From: Flectonema sp. DT1601
Lineage: Eukaryota
DNA: 64,000 nucleotides
Direction: 5' to 3'
NCBI GenBank assembly: GCA_964019425.1
Contig: OZ025793.1
Location: forward strand, 1,302,001 to 1,366,000
Notes under the pieces: generated by a model
Seen by the model: the letters and a program-made list of their open reading frames with translations, nothing else
The model's database searches: none
Told to the model about the DNA's origin: nothing
Shown here: in pieces, positions 20,964 to 33,726 of the stretch
Position numbering within the stretch: the first letter of the stretch is position 1
Layout of the letters: every line of letters starts with the position of its first letter
Made by a program: the position numbers and the translations under genes

Positions 20964-22579
20964 GATGCAACTGATGCCTTCAGTGGAATGCGAGCGGATG
21001 TGTTGTAGTCCACTCATCCCCCCTCTGAAAGAATAAATAAAAGGTCTGCTGACAACAGAATTGAAGAAGTCTACAGCTAGTGCCCGAAAAGCCGATTTTT
21101 TCTTTTTTTTTTTTTTTTTAAAAATTCCCCTTTCCCTTCCCAGAAATTTTCTGATTTTCTTTGTTTTCTCGGCAGCTGCAGAAAAACTGAATCGAATAGA
21201 AATAAAAAGTAGCGACCCATTGCCTTCTTGGCTTATGCAGTCAGGATGAGTCTATGTACGAAGCTAAGTAAGTGGTGTTGTTCAGATCGAATCCGTCTCG
21301 TCGATTGTACCGAACCCTCATTCCCCCAAAAAGTAGTGTTTGCATTCCTATTGGTAACACAGCCACTCGGATTCTTTTTTTTTTTTGATCTGGAGCGTGT
21401 AAGAGGCTTGCGTGAATCAGCCCTTTCCCCCTTGCGAAAAAAAAAAAATTCACCCCTTTCACAGAATTCTTTGTTTTTATGGCAGTCAAAAAAAAAAAAA
21501 AAAAGAAGAGGAGAGAAACAGATTAAAAGAAGAAGAAAGTCCCTGCTTTTCCCTTTGTACTCCCCCTTCACATTACGTTCTCTTGTGGATTTATTGAGCA
21601 CCTTTGTATCTACGTTACTGATCACAGGACTTGTTGGATTGTTTTTTGCGAGTTTCATGACATTGTTGTTGAAGTCTCGGCAGTTTACCCCAACTGAGAA
21701 AAAAAAAAAAAAAAAAAAAAAGAAAACAAAAAAAAAATTAAAAAAAAAAAAAAAAAATGGCAGTCTCGGCTACAAATAGCTGAAGACCAACAACAAATGT
21801 CAGAATTAAAAAAGATAAAAAAAAAAGTGACGATTATGTTCTTACACACTTATCATCAAGTAAGTGAAGATAGAAACACTCTTTTTTATTTAGTTCTTTG
21901 ACCCAACAAGTAAGTAACCCTGCGACTCGAAAGTAGTTTCCCATTTTCAAAACAGAAGTGGCTGTGTGTGTGATCCCCGTTTATGTATTTGGAGATTGGT
22001 AGTTAAGCAAGAAAGAAGAAAAAGCACCAGTTAAACTGTACCAGCAGCGAGTGTTAGCCCCTCTGATTTTTTTTTCACATCCTTTTTTTTTTATATATTT
22101 TTTTATTTTAAATCAGATCGAACACATTCTTTTCTTATTCTGGTCTTGTTGTTTTCTTTTACATGAAGGTCTCTACTGGGTCTGTAGTGCATAAATTTAG
22201 TGATCGTACAGTGTAGTGGTTCCTTCACATTGCAGTTAAATAAGGAGTAGTAAATTACTTTTACTTTCTTAGTGAGTTCACCCTCTGTATGTCGAAGATC
22301 TGAAATTGAAGAACAATGAAGTGAACTGTAAGGAATACTCTAAATAAGTATCGGACACTTTTGATCACAGGATCCCCTTTCATTCCCAGCCCCCAGGTTC
22401 CCCAGCTTCCTTCATGCCCAGATCTGTATTGTGAAGGTGTTTTCTAAGGTGATCTGTTGAATAGTATTATTTCCAGAGACAGGAAGACATAAATAAAAAG
22501 ATGTTAATATAATCAGACGTTAAATAGCAGCAACCCTCTCTCTCCCCTCTTGACAGGTCACAAATAAGTATGAAGAATC

Positions 22580-23431
22580 ATGACGTGGTCACCCCGAATA
22601 GCTGAAAGTGAGTGGCTGACAGCTCGGAGTTCTGTCGCTGCAGAAGCAAAGATGACAATCTCTGAGTGGTGTTCAGTTCAAGCTCATTACCGAAGGTTAA
22701 TATTTGCGGTAGTTAAAAGGGTTGGCATCCATCAGTCTGTTGGAGCAACAGCCTGCGTGCTGTTCGCTTCTTTCACTCTCCCGAGACAGAGTGAGAGACG
22801 CGAACAGTACGAACGAAAGCAGGGATATCGCATCACTACTGAAGTACATGCTGAAATATTAATATGTGCCGTAGTATCTGTTGCTTCTAAACTGGAGCAT
22901 TATATTCTTCGAGGAGAACGTCTTATTGAAGCTTGGCGGCAAGAACTGCTGTGTCAGAATCAGTCCCTCAGTCGGTACATCTCAGAGTGTGGGACTGCTG
23001 GTATGATCTCTGCTTGTGAGTATTATTTATTGGATGCATTTGCTCAGTCCTTTGATATCGTTTTACCATTTCCTCAGTTGGAATTGTTGCTGTCTTCTGT
23101 TAGACATTCTGAAGAGGAGCTTCAAAAACTCCGTCCGTCCCTTTACGAGTGCGCAATGAACCTCTTCCAGTCAGATATTCCTTTATTCGCACCCCCAATG
23201 GTGTTGTCGATTTCAATATATTGTCGGCAGTGTAATTTCCTTTCGGTATCACAGCAGCCGATCCCGTTTCCCGTTGATGACGTGGCGGCGAAACAGATCG
23301 ACGACGTTCAAAATTATATTTCGAAGTTTTTTGAAGCGACCACTTCAGTGAGCAATGAAAGAGTACTCGATTTGGTGGACGATGTGCGGAAGCAGGTGTG
23401 GGAGCGCAATACTGCCCCCATTAGTGTTTAA
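22580..23431 (+). CDS. Transcriptional-type cyclin (cyclin C/H/L-like), 283 aa
   Basis: Cyclin-box motifs QSVGATACVLF, ICAVVSVASKLE and CEYYLLDAF..FDIVLPFPQL. Confidence 0.78.
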   Translation: MTWSPRIAESEWLTARSSVAAEAKMTISEWCSVQAHYRRLIFAVVKRVGIHQSVGATACVLFASFTLPRQSERREQYERKQGYRITTEVHAEILICAVVSVASKLEHYILRGERLIEAWRQELLCQNQSLSRYISECGTAGMISACEYYLLDAFAQSFDIVLPFPQLELLLSSVRHSEEELQKLRPSLYECAMNLFQSDIPLFAPPMVLSISIYCRQCNFLSVSQQPIPFPVDDVAAKQIDDVQNYISKFFEATTSVSNERVLDLVDDVRKQVWERNTAPISV

Positions 23432-23547
23432 CTTAATAAGATTTCTTTAACTGCATGAGGAGAGTGAAGATCTGAAGGTTGTTAACTATTATATTCTTTC
23501 AATAAATACTTTCTTATACTCTAAAACAGGAACAAACACTGTACATA

Positions 23548-24668
23548 ATGAATATCTCGGTATTGACTCTGTTGATAGTCAGTCTGATGACTGCTGAGGC
23601 TGCGAAACAAAATTTTGAATTTAGTACGTTTGTGATGGGATCGATGAAGAGACCAGTTAGAACTCAGGCATTTAATCCTCACCTACACGACGTTAATGAC
23701 ATGAAGTGGAATCAGGATATGCAGCGTACCTGTTTGTCGGTGGTACAGAAGTGTCCATGTGACTTCTTCCTTAAGATGTATGTAATATTGTATTATAATT
23801 ATTTATTGTTCCTTCTCAGTTCTGTACATTTTGGTACTCTTATCGCATCAACACAACACAGCATTGATACCTGTGCGAGCTTTCTCCACCACGAAGTCCA
23901 AGATGCCAATATCACTATTTCTGGAGTGTATGAAGACACAGCTTGTGACTACTACAGATTACGTTGTGATATTAAGACTCAGCCTGCTCACTATTTCGAA
24001 GAGGCTTATCAGTTCCTTCCATGTAATAGAGCAATGCAGGTTGAAACTACTTACAAATTTAAGGTATGATTTCAGAGATAGTTTTAACTATATTCCGCTA
24101 CAAGTAATTCACACCAAACACAACAGCTTCTTGATAACAGTTGGAGCACTCAGCTCAACTACAGTGCGCTTCTCAAAGAAGGTATTCCACAGACAATTCT
24201 AAGCGAGCCGGGTATCGTTCGTATGTGATAATTTATTGTACTGACTAAACTTATATTTGATGTGTTCTGTAGGAATCTAAAAGTAACAATAACCCCACAG
24301 AGCACACTGGTAGGTTTCATGAGAATATGACTTTCTGGTACAAAGACGTCCCTGTTCCAAGTCAGGAATCGCAAACAGGTGACTTCCATAAGTCGTTTCA
24401 CGTGTTGGTGCAATTTCAGGAAATTGAAGACTTTCAAATTAAAAACTCCAAAGCACCAGAGTGGCTGCAGGTCGCGTTCACAGAACAGATGGATGAATGC
24501 TCCACCTGTTGGGGGGGAATTGGTTGTTTAGGAAACAGGACTACTGGGTTTATGATTATCGCTCTTCTCGTTTCATTAACAGCGCTTCTGATTTCAACTG
24601 TTTGGCACTGCAGTGCTGTGAACGCTGCTAAGCAGGCAACTGCAACTCCAGTGCCAGCAGCAAACTGA
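23548..24668 (+). CDS. Unknown Cys-containing type-I membrane protein, ~297 aa; exons 23548-23777, 23862-24063, 24127-24220, 24301-24668
   Basis: Signal peptide MNISVLTLLIVSLMTAEA. Three GT-AG introns (84, 63, 80 nt) join the pieces in frame. C-terminal TM segment FMIIALLVSLTALLISTVW. Confidence 0.75.
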
Positions 24669-25892
24669 TAGCCGTCAGTCTTAACTCTGGTATAATTAAT
24701 GTTTAGTATACAGGAGCATTAACTCTGTCGTCATCGTCACCGCATAGACAGCTTTGACTGCCCTTCGAACCTGTTGGGATGACTAACAATGAAAGGTTTC
24801 AGCAAGTGGTTGTTAATTTTTTTTTGGTTCAAATTTCGTATTTTTCTCGCAAGTATTCCTGATGCCTTATTTTTTAAGGAAGTCACTTACCGTTTAGTTT
24901 TTTTCGTATTGCCGCAATGTATTAAGTTCAATAGCGTACGAGAAGGAACACAATCGATTCGATAATCGCGAATTTGAAATTAATTTTTATTCATATTTGC
25001 ATTTTGCATATCGTTAGTGTGATTTGTGACGAGCAGATTGAAAGAAATCACCAGCACTGAACAAGCATTTCACAAGTTGGTTTTTGAATTTGCTTCTGTC
25101 TTCCGTCTGTGTGGGGTGAATTAATACACATGAAGAAAATGGTTTTTTTTTTTTTTTTTTTAATTGTGATTTTTTTTTTCAGTTTCGATGCTTCGCAGAT
25201 TTCTATCCCCAGAGACTAGTGATAATATTGCTGGTTTTGATTTGGTGCCAATTTAGTATTTCAGACCCAACTACTCTCTGACACTTTGATGGTAAGTAAT
25301 TTAGTTCATGGTCGATGTAATACTTGTTGAAATGCGCAGCGTCAACGGTACGGTCTACGTTTCTTCTTCCCTCCTCCCTGTTAGGTTATTTTGTTCTTTT
25401 TGAATCGGCTGGCATTCTTTTTTTTTTCTTGGGGGACCTCACTCAAAAAGATTCTTTTGAAAAAAAAAAAAAAAAAAAAATGGAAAACTTAAGTGATTGT
25501 GAGAAAACAACCACAACTGCTAACAGGAAGCGGTCTTGCCGCTGCACACACACCTGACTGTGGCATCTGACCATAGCACCGATAATCTTTTGGATTAATC
25601 AAATGAAAGAGTGAATGGAATGTTCGAGTGACCCCTTCGCTCAATGCTCTCATTTTGCTGCCGAAAGGCCCAAAAAAGGGGGTGAACAGCTTAGGCAACA
25701 AGTAGTCAATCCGTAGCTTAGTTTATTTTCTTCCGAGTAACTCAAATGGGAATCCTGTACAAGTGTTAGTTGTGTAACTATTTGTTTCTTTTCCATCGGA
25801 TTCCAGGAAGGTAACTAGAATAGGATGTAGGAATAATGAACCACACTATTTTGTATTAGTTTTCTATTTTCCCAACCACAGACACGTAACAA

Positions 25893-27519
25893 ATGCGTTC
25901 GACACGCAAATTGTTGGCTTTCAGCACAGGTGTGCACAAACAAGGTACATCTATACATGGTGCTACCCAGCATCACATTCCAGACATCGGTACTGACGGG
26001 TTCCCAATACCAAAAACGAAGGAGAGGAAAATGTTCCGCAGAGATGTCGAAACGTTCGGAAAAGCTGACTTAAATGTATCAACCCGATACAAGAAAAATC
26101 CAGAAAGTGAGATTAGTAGAGATTATTTTGGAGCTCCTCCTTACTCGGTTTGTTCTTATTTATTTTCAAAAATTACTATTTATTGGAGTAAAACAACTGA
26201 AATAAAAAAACTAACATCCAACCAGCCACGAGGAACTCATGCATCAATGACAGATAGAAGAACTGGTTTTATGGTTAAATATCCAACTAGAAAATATCCC
26301 AACCCAAAAAGATTTAAACCAGTGATGGTATCGCCTCGTATTAGTATGAGAGAACCTGAAGTGTCTCCAAAGACGTTAGTTTCGAGAAGATATCTACCGA
26401 TGGAGAAGAAAGGTAAAAGGATTGTGATGAATATGGAATACCACAGAATGGTTCCAGTTCTAAAAAGACAACGAAAAGAGGTCTACTTGCGATTGAAGTT
26501 TGGTCTATACGATCTCGATAGAATCCTACCACCACTTTGGGGTCCTCAAGAAGGCAACAAATTAGACAGAGACGAATGGCTTTTCAAACTAATGTACTTC
26601 TTACATCCTATTAAAGAAGATGAGTTGGTTCAGAAAGTAGGGTTTTTCCCTCATAATCCATTTGATACATCGAAGGAAGTTATTCTTTCATTAGAGAGAC
26701 TGGTTTCTCGAGAATATTGCCGTCGTTTAGTTGGTAAAAATATTAATGGTGGTTTCGGTCTTGAACGTGACGCCTACTACTGGACTCTCATGCCTGACGA
26801 ATTGGACTTTGGAGAGAAGGTTTGTTTTTACTCTTTTTAACATAAACTGTTTACCTAGTCTTAAGCAATGGTATTCGGAAGTAGTATTAACATTTGGTTT
26901 CCTTGTGTTTACCAAAGGTCTCTGAGTGGAAAACTATTCGCATTTTTGCTTTCGAAACACAGCTTAAGCGCCCCCACTACTCCATACGACACAATGCAGT
27001 GTGGTGGAGGGTCTTCGCGCTAGTGTGAGAAATGATTGAAACTATTGAGTGGTTAGTTAGTCAAAGAGATTAGTTGGACAGCTTGTTATCATTTCTTAAA
27101 ATAAATAAATAAATAAACAGGTTGTTATAGATGAGGATCTTATGGAATCAATGTGGGATCCTAATAAAAGTGTGAACGTTAGTAACGTCACAGATGACAT
27201 GTGTAAAATAAGTTATCAACAGCAACACAACACCTACTTGCACTTGCGTGAAAGTAACGACATCGGAGAGTTGGAGAGGTTCGTAAGTTTTTGTGATGAT
27301 GAAATAGCAGAAACGAAAGTCAAACTCGACGACATCAACAAGGGTTACGAAATTGAAGAAGACAACGATGAGTCTGAAGAAGAAGTATACCCTCATCCAT
27401 TACAGTTATTCTCTTTAAATATTGGAAAGAAAGCTCATCATCACGTTGGTCATTGGTCTCAATCTATTCCAGACAACAACAGACCTCATGTTCCTCTTGG
27501 TCTCAGATCATCAGCTTGA
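25893..27519 (+). CDS. Hypothetical, probably mitochondrion-targeted protein, ~450 aa; exons 25893-26147, 26226-26819, 26918-27022, 27121-27519
   Basis: Short Arg-rich presequence MRSTRKLLA. Introns 26148-26225, 26820-26917 (alternative acceptor at 26962) and 27023-27120 give one continuous frame. Exon-3 borders are less certain. Confidence 0.65.
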
Positions 27520-27968
27520 TCTACTTAGTCATCTCTTCTTCCTTTATCATAATGTCATTATTATACTGACGTTATAGTATTCATTTCAGCATACGAAGAG
27601 TGTTTACGTTTATCGCATTGTTACGGATAAAGTGTTTATTTTTTGATAACCTTATATTTCTGGTTATATCCTTTTACTGTAAAGCAGCGGTTCTAGTTTT
27701 CTTTTCTTTTGAGACTTCACAGCAGCTACACTCATGGAGAACCAGATGTGCGAGATGAAGGCAGAAATTATTACTGGTATTTACTTAAATACGATCATTA
27801 CGTCCAAGGAGGCTGTTATTCTTTTCTCAATGTGTTACATTTGACGTGTTACCTTCATTCTTCCTACAGGATCAGAACTCCACCCTAACCGAGTCCAATA
27901 CCCGCAGGGTATCCTGTTCGAAGATAGCAGCAACTCCTTTTTTAGACAAAGGATCTCCTGGCATTAAT

Positions 27969-30893
27969 ATGGGAGGAGGTACCTATGAAATTGAAGAAAA
28001 GCCCCTAGGGGACATCAGTGGACTGTGGAGAAGTGAAGACATGGAACTGAGAACGATGAGTATCGAGAGAAGTGTGTTAGAACAGGCAGTGAGAAGATTT
28101 GGAGACATCTCGTGTGTTCAGTTCAGAGACATGAACGGGTCCGGAGGTGAGGAAGGAGAGTCGAAGATTGCGGGAAAAAACCGTCACTTCGTCACTCAGG
28201 TCCGTACCTGCGAGTCTGTTGAGCGTTGTCTTCGTTACTTCGACGAGCAAATCTCCCTTTTTGAAATTAAGGGAGACATGAACAACACTTATGAAGCCCC
28301 TCTCGGAATCGAAGAATTCCGTGGAGTTGCGAACTACAACGATCTTCCAAACGCTTTGGAGATATTAAACACGAGATTGATTGCTGATGAGGAGAACCTT
28401 CGTGATCAGGTTGATAAACTTACAAAGTACAAGTCTGAAGTGAGGACTGAATATCAGCGTTACTCTTCCCTAAGTTGGGCATCAACTTGGGTATCAAGTG
28501 AAAGAGACGCTGACGACTACACCAGACGCCAGGAAACTAGTGGTCTTCTTGGTGAGGATGGAACTGCTTTGTTAGTAGTTGGCAGCTCAGCACAGTCGTT
28601 GGGACAGTTGGTCGGTGTTATCGCAACCGACAAGAAAGACGTCTTCAACCGTATGTTGTACAGAGTCACAAAGGGTAATGCCGTGGCAACTCTTCACGAT
28701 CTCGACAATGGAATCACCTGCTTCCGTATATTGTATTCATCATTTGAGATGCAGGCCAGAATCTTAAAGCTCACTGCCGCCAACAACGCGAGCGTTTTCT
28801 TAGGAAGAGTTCTGATTGGTGCTAGTGGACAGTCTGACCCACGTGCATCAGGTATCAACATGTTACCTGACTCTAAGCAGTCCTGCACTGAACTGTTAGA
28901 AAAGATTAAAAAAGACTGTGATGAGCGTAACGCGCTCATCATTAGCACTGAAACAGCAGTCAAGACACAGCTGATTTCTGTTCAGAAGGTTCACAAGGAC
29001 AGACGTCACTACGCTATCAGAGAGAAGTCACTTTACCACACTCTGAACATGATGCAGATTGATGAAGGTACTTGCTTTGCAAATGCCATTGCGTGGATCC
29101 CAACGAGACAGTTGGACAAGGTCAGCAATGTCTTGGCCCAGTTTCCTCTCTGCAGACTGAATGAGGACGACCTGAAAGACGCAGACCCAGAGTCTCCTCC
29201 AACGTACTTCGAGACGAATGAATTCATAGGAACCTTTCAGGGAATTGTTGACAGTTATGGTGTCCCTCGTTACCATGAAGTCAACCCAACAATCTTTACG
29301 GTTGTTACCTTCCCTTGGCTGTTTGGTATTATGTATGGAGACATTGGTCACGGTGTCTTTATTACTATTGCTGCTGCTCTCATGATCTTCTTTCAAGAAC
29401 CAATGAAGAAGATGAAACTTAATGAAATGGTTGACATGGTCTTTGGTGCTCGTTGGCTTCTTCTCCTAATGGGACTGTTTGCTGTTTACCAAGGATTCTT
29501 ATATAACGATACTTTTGGTATTATGCTTGACTACTCTGGTACTAGATACAAGTGGCCTGATGGTTGGTCTCGTCCAGAAGAGTGGAGTGAAAAATCTTGC
29601 TTCGATAACGCGACAGTTCCAGCTGTGTGTGTTCCTTGTCACATTAGTGACATGAAGTGGAAGAATGTTACTTACCAGGGACTGACTTATGAGAGATGTA
29701 CTTGTAGCCCGGATGTTCAATATGATTTAACTGAAGCTACAAAGTACTCCTGCCCGTCGTGGTCGAAGAACAACTCTCCTAACCTGATGACCCCAAGTGA
29801 AGGACCAATTGCATTTGGTATTGACAGCGGTTGGTCAGAGGCTACTAACAAGTTGACATTCTACAACAGTTACAAGATGAAGAACGCTGTTATTGTTGGT
29901 GTCTTGCAGATGACTCTTGGATTGTTCCTTTCACTTTGTAATCACTTGTACTTCAAAGATTACAAACATCTGTTCTTTGGATTCATTCCTGAGTGCATGT
30001 TCTTGTTCTGCACCTTCGGATACATGTGCGTCATGCTTATCGCTAAATGGGTTACTCCATGGGAGAATACAAACTTAGCTCCTAACTCTCTGGAAACGAT
30101 GACCAACTTCTTCTTATCTCCAGGTAAGTACACCGAGTTCAAACCAGAGGAGTGTATCCACAACTCCAGTGGTAGTTTCAACTGTGACGGAGTATGTTTT
30201 TTCTTTAATTTTTACCTTTGTGGTTCTCTTTGTACCAAAGCATCATATTTGGTGTTATTTGGTTCTGTCGGAAATCATGTAACGTACGTTCAATAAAATA
30301 AACTAAACAACCAACAGTACCAACTTCTCTACAGTGGACAGAAGGAAATGCAAGTCTTCTTAATTATCATTGCATTCTGTGCTGTTCCACTTATGATGTT
30401 CCCAATTCCAATCCTCGCTAACAGAGAAAAGAAGAGAAGAGAAGCTCTCGGTACCCAAATCGATGATGAGTTTGGCAGCAGACCACTCCCACCAATTGAC
30501 ATGCAGGAAGTTGTAATCAAACAAGTGATTCACGTTATTGAGTACGTCTTAGGATGTGTTTCTAACACGGCTTCATACTTGAGATTGTGGGCTCTGTCAC
30601 TTGCTCACGCAGAGTTGTCAGAAGTATTCTGGAACTTTGCGATTATCAAGCTTATGGGTGGTGCCAACGGATGGAAGGGAGGACTAATTATGTGGGTTGC
30701 TTTTGGTGCATGGTTGTCCGCAACACTCGCTGTTTTGGTTGTTATGGAAGCCTTGTCAGCATTCCTTCACTCTCTTCGTCTCCATTGGGTGGAATTCCAA
30801 AGTAAGTTCTATGTTGGAGATGGACACGCCTTCACTCCTCTCAGCTTCTCGGCTCTCATCGAAGAGCACGAAGCTGAACGTGATGAAGAATAG
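27969..30893 (+). CDS. ATP6V0A: V-type H+-ATPase V0 subunit a, ~932 aa; exons 27969-30191, 30318-30893
   Basis: GLWRSEDM, VQFRDMN, PPTYF, EVNPTIFTVVTFPWLFGIMYGDIGHG, SNTASYLRLWALSLAH (essential Arg) and LHSLRLHWVEFQSKFY. The 126-nt intron is GTATGT...CAACAG. Confidence 0.97.
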
Positions 30894-32501
30894 TCGTTGT
30901 ATCCCTGCGATTCTTTTCTGGATGGCTTCCCATCCCAGCATTCACTCGTACCCCTTACTACATTAATACCCCTTCAGTTTTTCATTTTGTTTTTTTTTCA
31001 AAAAAAAAATTAAAAAAGAGTTTTGCAATTCAATGGTATCCGTGAGGGGGGCGGGAAAGTGAGAAAAGAAGAAAAAAAAGAAAAAAAATATTATCAGAAA
31101 CAGTAGGAAAAAACGAAAAAAAAAGAATGAAAAAAAAAAAAAAAAAAAAAAAAGTGTTGTAGCAGGAAGTGTACCCACCCACTAATGTACGATGTGTGTA
31201 CTGTTGATTTACGAGATCTATCCGAGTGAAATACCAATTACATGAACTTTTCTGGGAAATCTCCTCTCGGAGGACAGATCAAGGGTTCATCCCTCATTCC
31301 CCTATGGAAGAAAAAAAAAGAAGAAAAAAAATAAATAAGAAGGAGAATCTTTTTTGTGTAGTGTTCCCCGTCCGTGTTCCCGTGAAGTTATTTTCGCTAC
31401 GTCACAGGGTAGTAGAACTTAAAGTACCTCCAGACTTACTACTGTTGACTTCCATTCTAGGTTGATGGATAATCAAGACGACGGAAACGCAGATAAATCA
31501 CGACAATTTTTTTTCCATTTTTTCCATTTCCCTCCCCCTAGCTTTTTTTTTTTTTTTTTTCAATATTTACGTGTGGTATAAAAAAAATAATTTCTTCCCC
31601 ACTCCCTACAAAGCGTCCCTGTGGTAATGCGGGCCTGGCGGCCGTGTTTAATATTTTGCAGGGCGCCACCTCGATATTTGTTGTTAGCTCATCGTCAAGC
31701 ATTGGTTCACTCAATAAAAACCCTATTGTGTAATGACCGTTTTTCTGGCAATTACTCATGCTGTTTAACAACCTCAATATGTGGGAAGTCCATATCGTGC
31801 AATGGATTTAAAAAGGAAAAAGTAACGAAATACATTATAAGAAATATAAGTTCTTAAGAAGCTTCCCGTGTCCCCTTCCCAGATTCGCTCAATCCACCGA
31901 AAAGATAGTTTTCTAACCTGATGAGTATTGGCTACGATGACTTATACAATGGGTGGAAGCAGTAATAAGTGTGAAACTACTCAAACACGGTTTTTTTTTG
32001 AATTGTTAAAAAAAAAGAGCTGCGGATTGGAAAAATCACTTGTTCTTCGTAATCAAGGGCAGCTCTTTTTTTTTTTGACAAATTCTCGTTATTTAAAATA
32101 ACGATTCCCCACCCGTTTCCCTTCTCTACGTGTTCCCTCCTTGTCCATCTGCTTACCCACCGCGTTTATATGTTTTCTTTCCGCCCTCCCGCCCCGTCGC
32201 AACAAAAAGTGAACCCACGAGCTGTGACAGCAAGAAGAAAAAAGTTGGAAAAAAAAGAAAAAAAAAAATAGCAAACCTACTCGCTCTGTTTTTTTCAAGC
32301 TCTTCCCGCCTCCGTTTTTGTCTCGATCAGTACATCGAAGTAGTCTCCTTTAAAGAATCGTTATCACTCAAACAGTAAACGGAAATGCACAACTTACCCA
32401 GGGAATAGTAGCAGGCTGGCCTTTGATCTCGGCCGTACTTACATTTGACTTTCTTATATTTCATGACAGGGGTTTGACAGCTCCCGTTCGGCAGCTTCAA
32501 A

Positions 32502-33047
32502 ATGACGATACCGTGCGCCAAATGTAAATTATTTATCGATATGGCGGACAAGTATTGCCGTTACTGTGGTGAAGCCGTAGTAGTAGCCAGAGTGGCTCCA
32601 CCAGATGGTAGTGACACAACAGATCTTTGTAGTTATGCAAGAAAGCTAGCTGAATACAGCAAAGCCCTGAGAGGTGTTGAAGAAGTATCTAAATTAACAA
32701 GTCCCGTGAGACCTGCTAAGAAGTCGTTTTCCACTTCGCTTGAGGAGGTTAAACCGCTTCAAGAAAAGACAGATAATTCATTAAATATGTCATCGATGCC
32801 GCAGAAGTATTCTTCTCCTTTCGTCTCTTCGAATGAAATCAGAAATATGACTCGCGCTATAAAGACGGGGGTCCTACCGACAGCGCAGTCACCTCGTAGT
32901 TCTTCTTCTGTTCTGAACTCGTCTTCTCTCAAATCAATTCGATCGGCAGTCAGCGCGTCAGTTCAGCATTCTGCAATTCAGAAACCTTCACAATTAGCTG
33001 CGAGACTGCGGCAATATCATTCAGACTTCCCTGAGAACTTTACATAA
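32502..33047 (+). CDS. Protein with an N-terminal zinc ribbon and a Ser-rich tail, 181 aa
   Basis: CAKC-x9-CRYCG ribbon; upstream acceptor TTTCATGACAG (32469). Confidence 0.72.
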   Translation: MTIPCAKCKLFIDMADKYCRYCGEAVVVARVAPPDGSDTTDLCSYARKLAEYSKALRGVEEVSKLTSPVRPAKKSFSTSLEEVKPLQEKTDNSLNMSSMPQKYSSPFVSSNEIRNMTRAIKTGVLPTAQSPRSSSSVLNSSSLKSIRSAVSASVQHSAIQKPSQLAARLRQYHSDFPENFT

Positions 33048-33405
33048 AAATACTATTGAACTGGACCTCTTATGTCTCATATAAATTAATAAAACTTTCA
33101 GTTCTGATACATCCGCTCATTCACAGCCATCTATCAGATTCTCTGTATTGTCATCCACTTGTCAATTTTGTAATGTGGTAAGTAAGTGTGGTTAACATAT
33201 CTTTAAGCCAACTATTACCTCAAAGAAAAAAGAAACAGATAGAAGTTGTTAAATGGTAAAACAGTTCGTCGTGAAAGACGCTGTCCCATATTAGATTAGA
33301 AGTAAATTATGAAATAGTTTTTAATAGTGTTGTTAAATGTAATTCACCCCCCCAGTCTAGGAAAGCCTTACGTCGGGTTCGTCCACTGTTAACCTTTGGT
33401 TTCAT

Positions 33406-33626
33406 TTTATTTTTTTCACATTTATTTTAATTTACAGCTGTTTTTCACTGTTACGGTAGCGTAGGCAAGAGGTGCTCAACTACGTTCACGTGACCTCCAC
33501 CAAAGAAACCAGGCAAATGTTCAATTGCCTCCTGTTTCATGGTGACAGTACTTTTATTTTTTTTGTGCAAAGACCTGCAGTATTCTTCCCAGATAAATCT
33601 TTTCGTATCGTATCAAATTTCCCCCC
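33406..33626. repeat. Single copy of the unit that is tandemly arrayed at 47816-48493
   Basis: TTTTTTCACATTTATTTTAATTTACAGCTG...CGTATCGTATCAAATTTCCCC is shared with the array units. Confidence 0.92.
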
Positions 33627-33726
33627 TTTCAGATGTAAGTATTATTATCTACGGAGGTCGCATTACTTTCACTAAACTGGATCAATCAAGACACCTCTTC
33701 TTTTATCAGATGGTCGTGGAAATAAA

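Noticed and set aside
21061..21779. ORFs up to 183 aa with poly-K and poly-F
   Set aside because: Translations of A/T homopolymers in a UTR or intergenic region; the same applies to most ORFs in 40-59.5 kb.
21763..21787. GTCTCGGCTACAAATAGCTGAAGAC resembles U2 snRNA stem-loop I
   Set aside because: No branch-pairing region, Sm site or further U2 structure follows.
27026..27055. In-frame TGA apparently interrupting a continuous frame (FALV*EMIETIEWL), suggesting selenocysteine or read-through
   Set aside because: A phase-0 donor GTGTGA at 27023 spliced to 27121 removes the TGA cleanly. There is no convincing SECIS, and TGA ends several other genes in this window.
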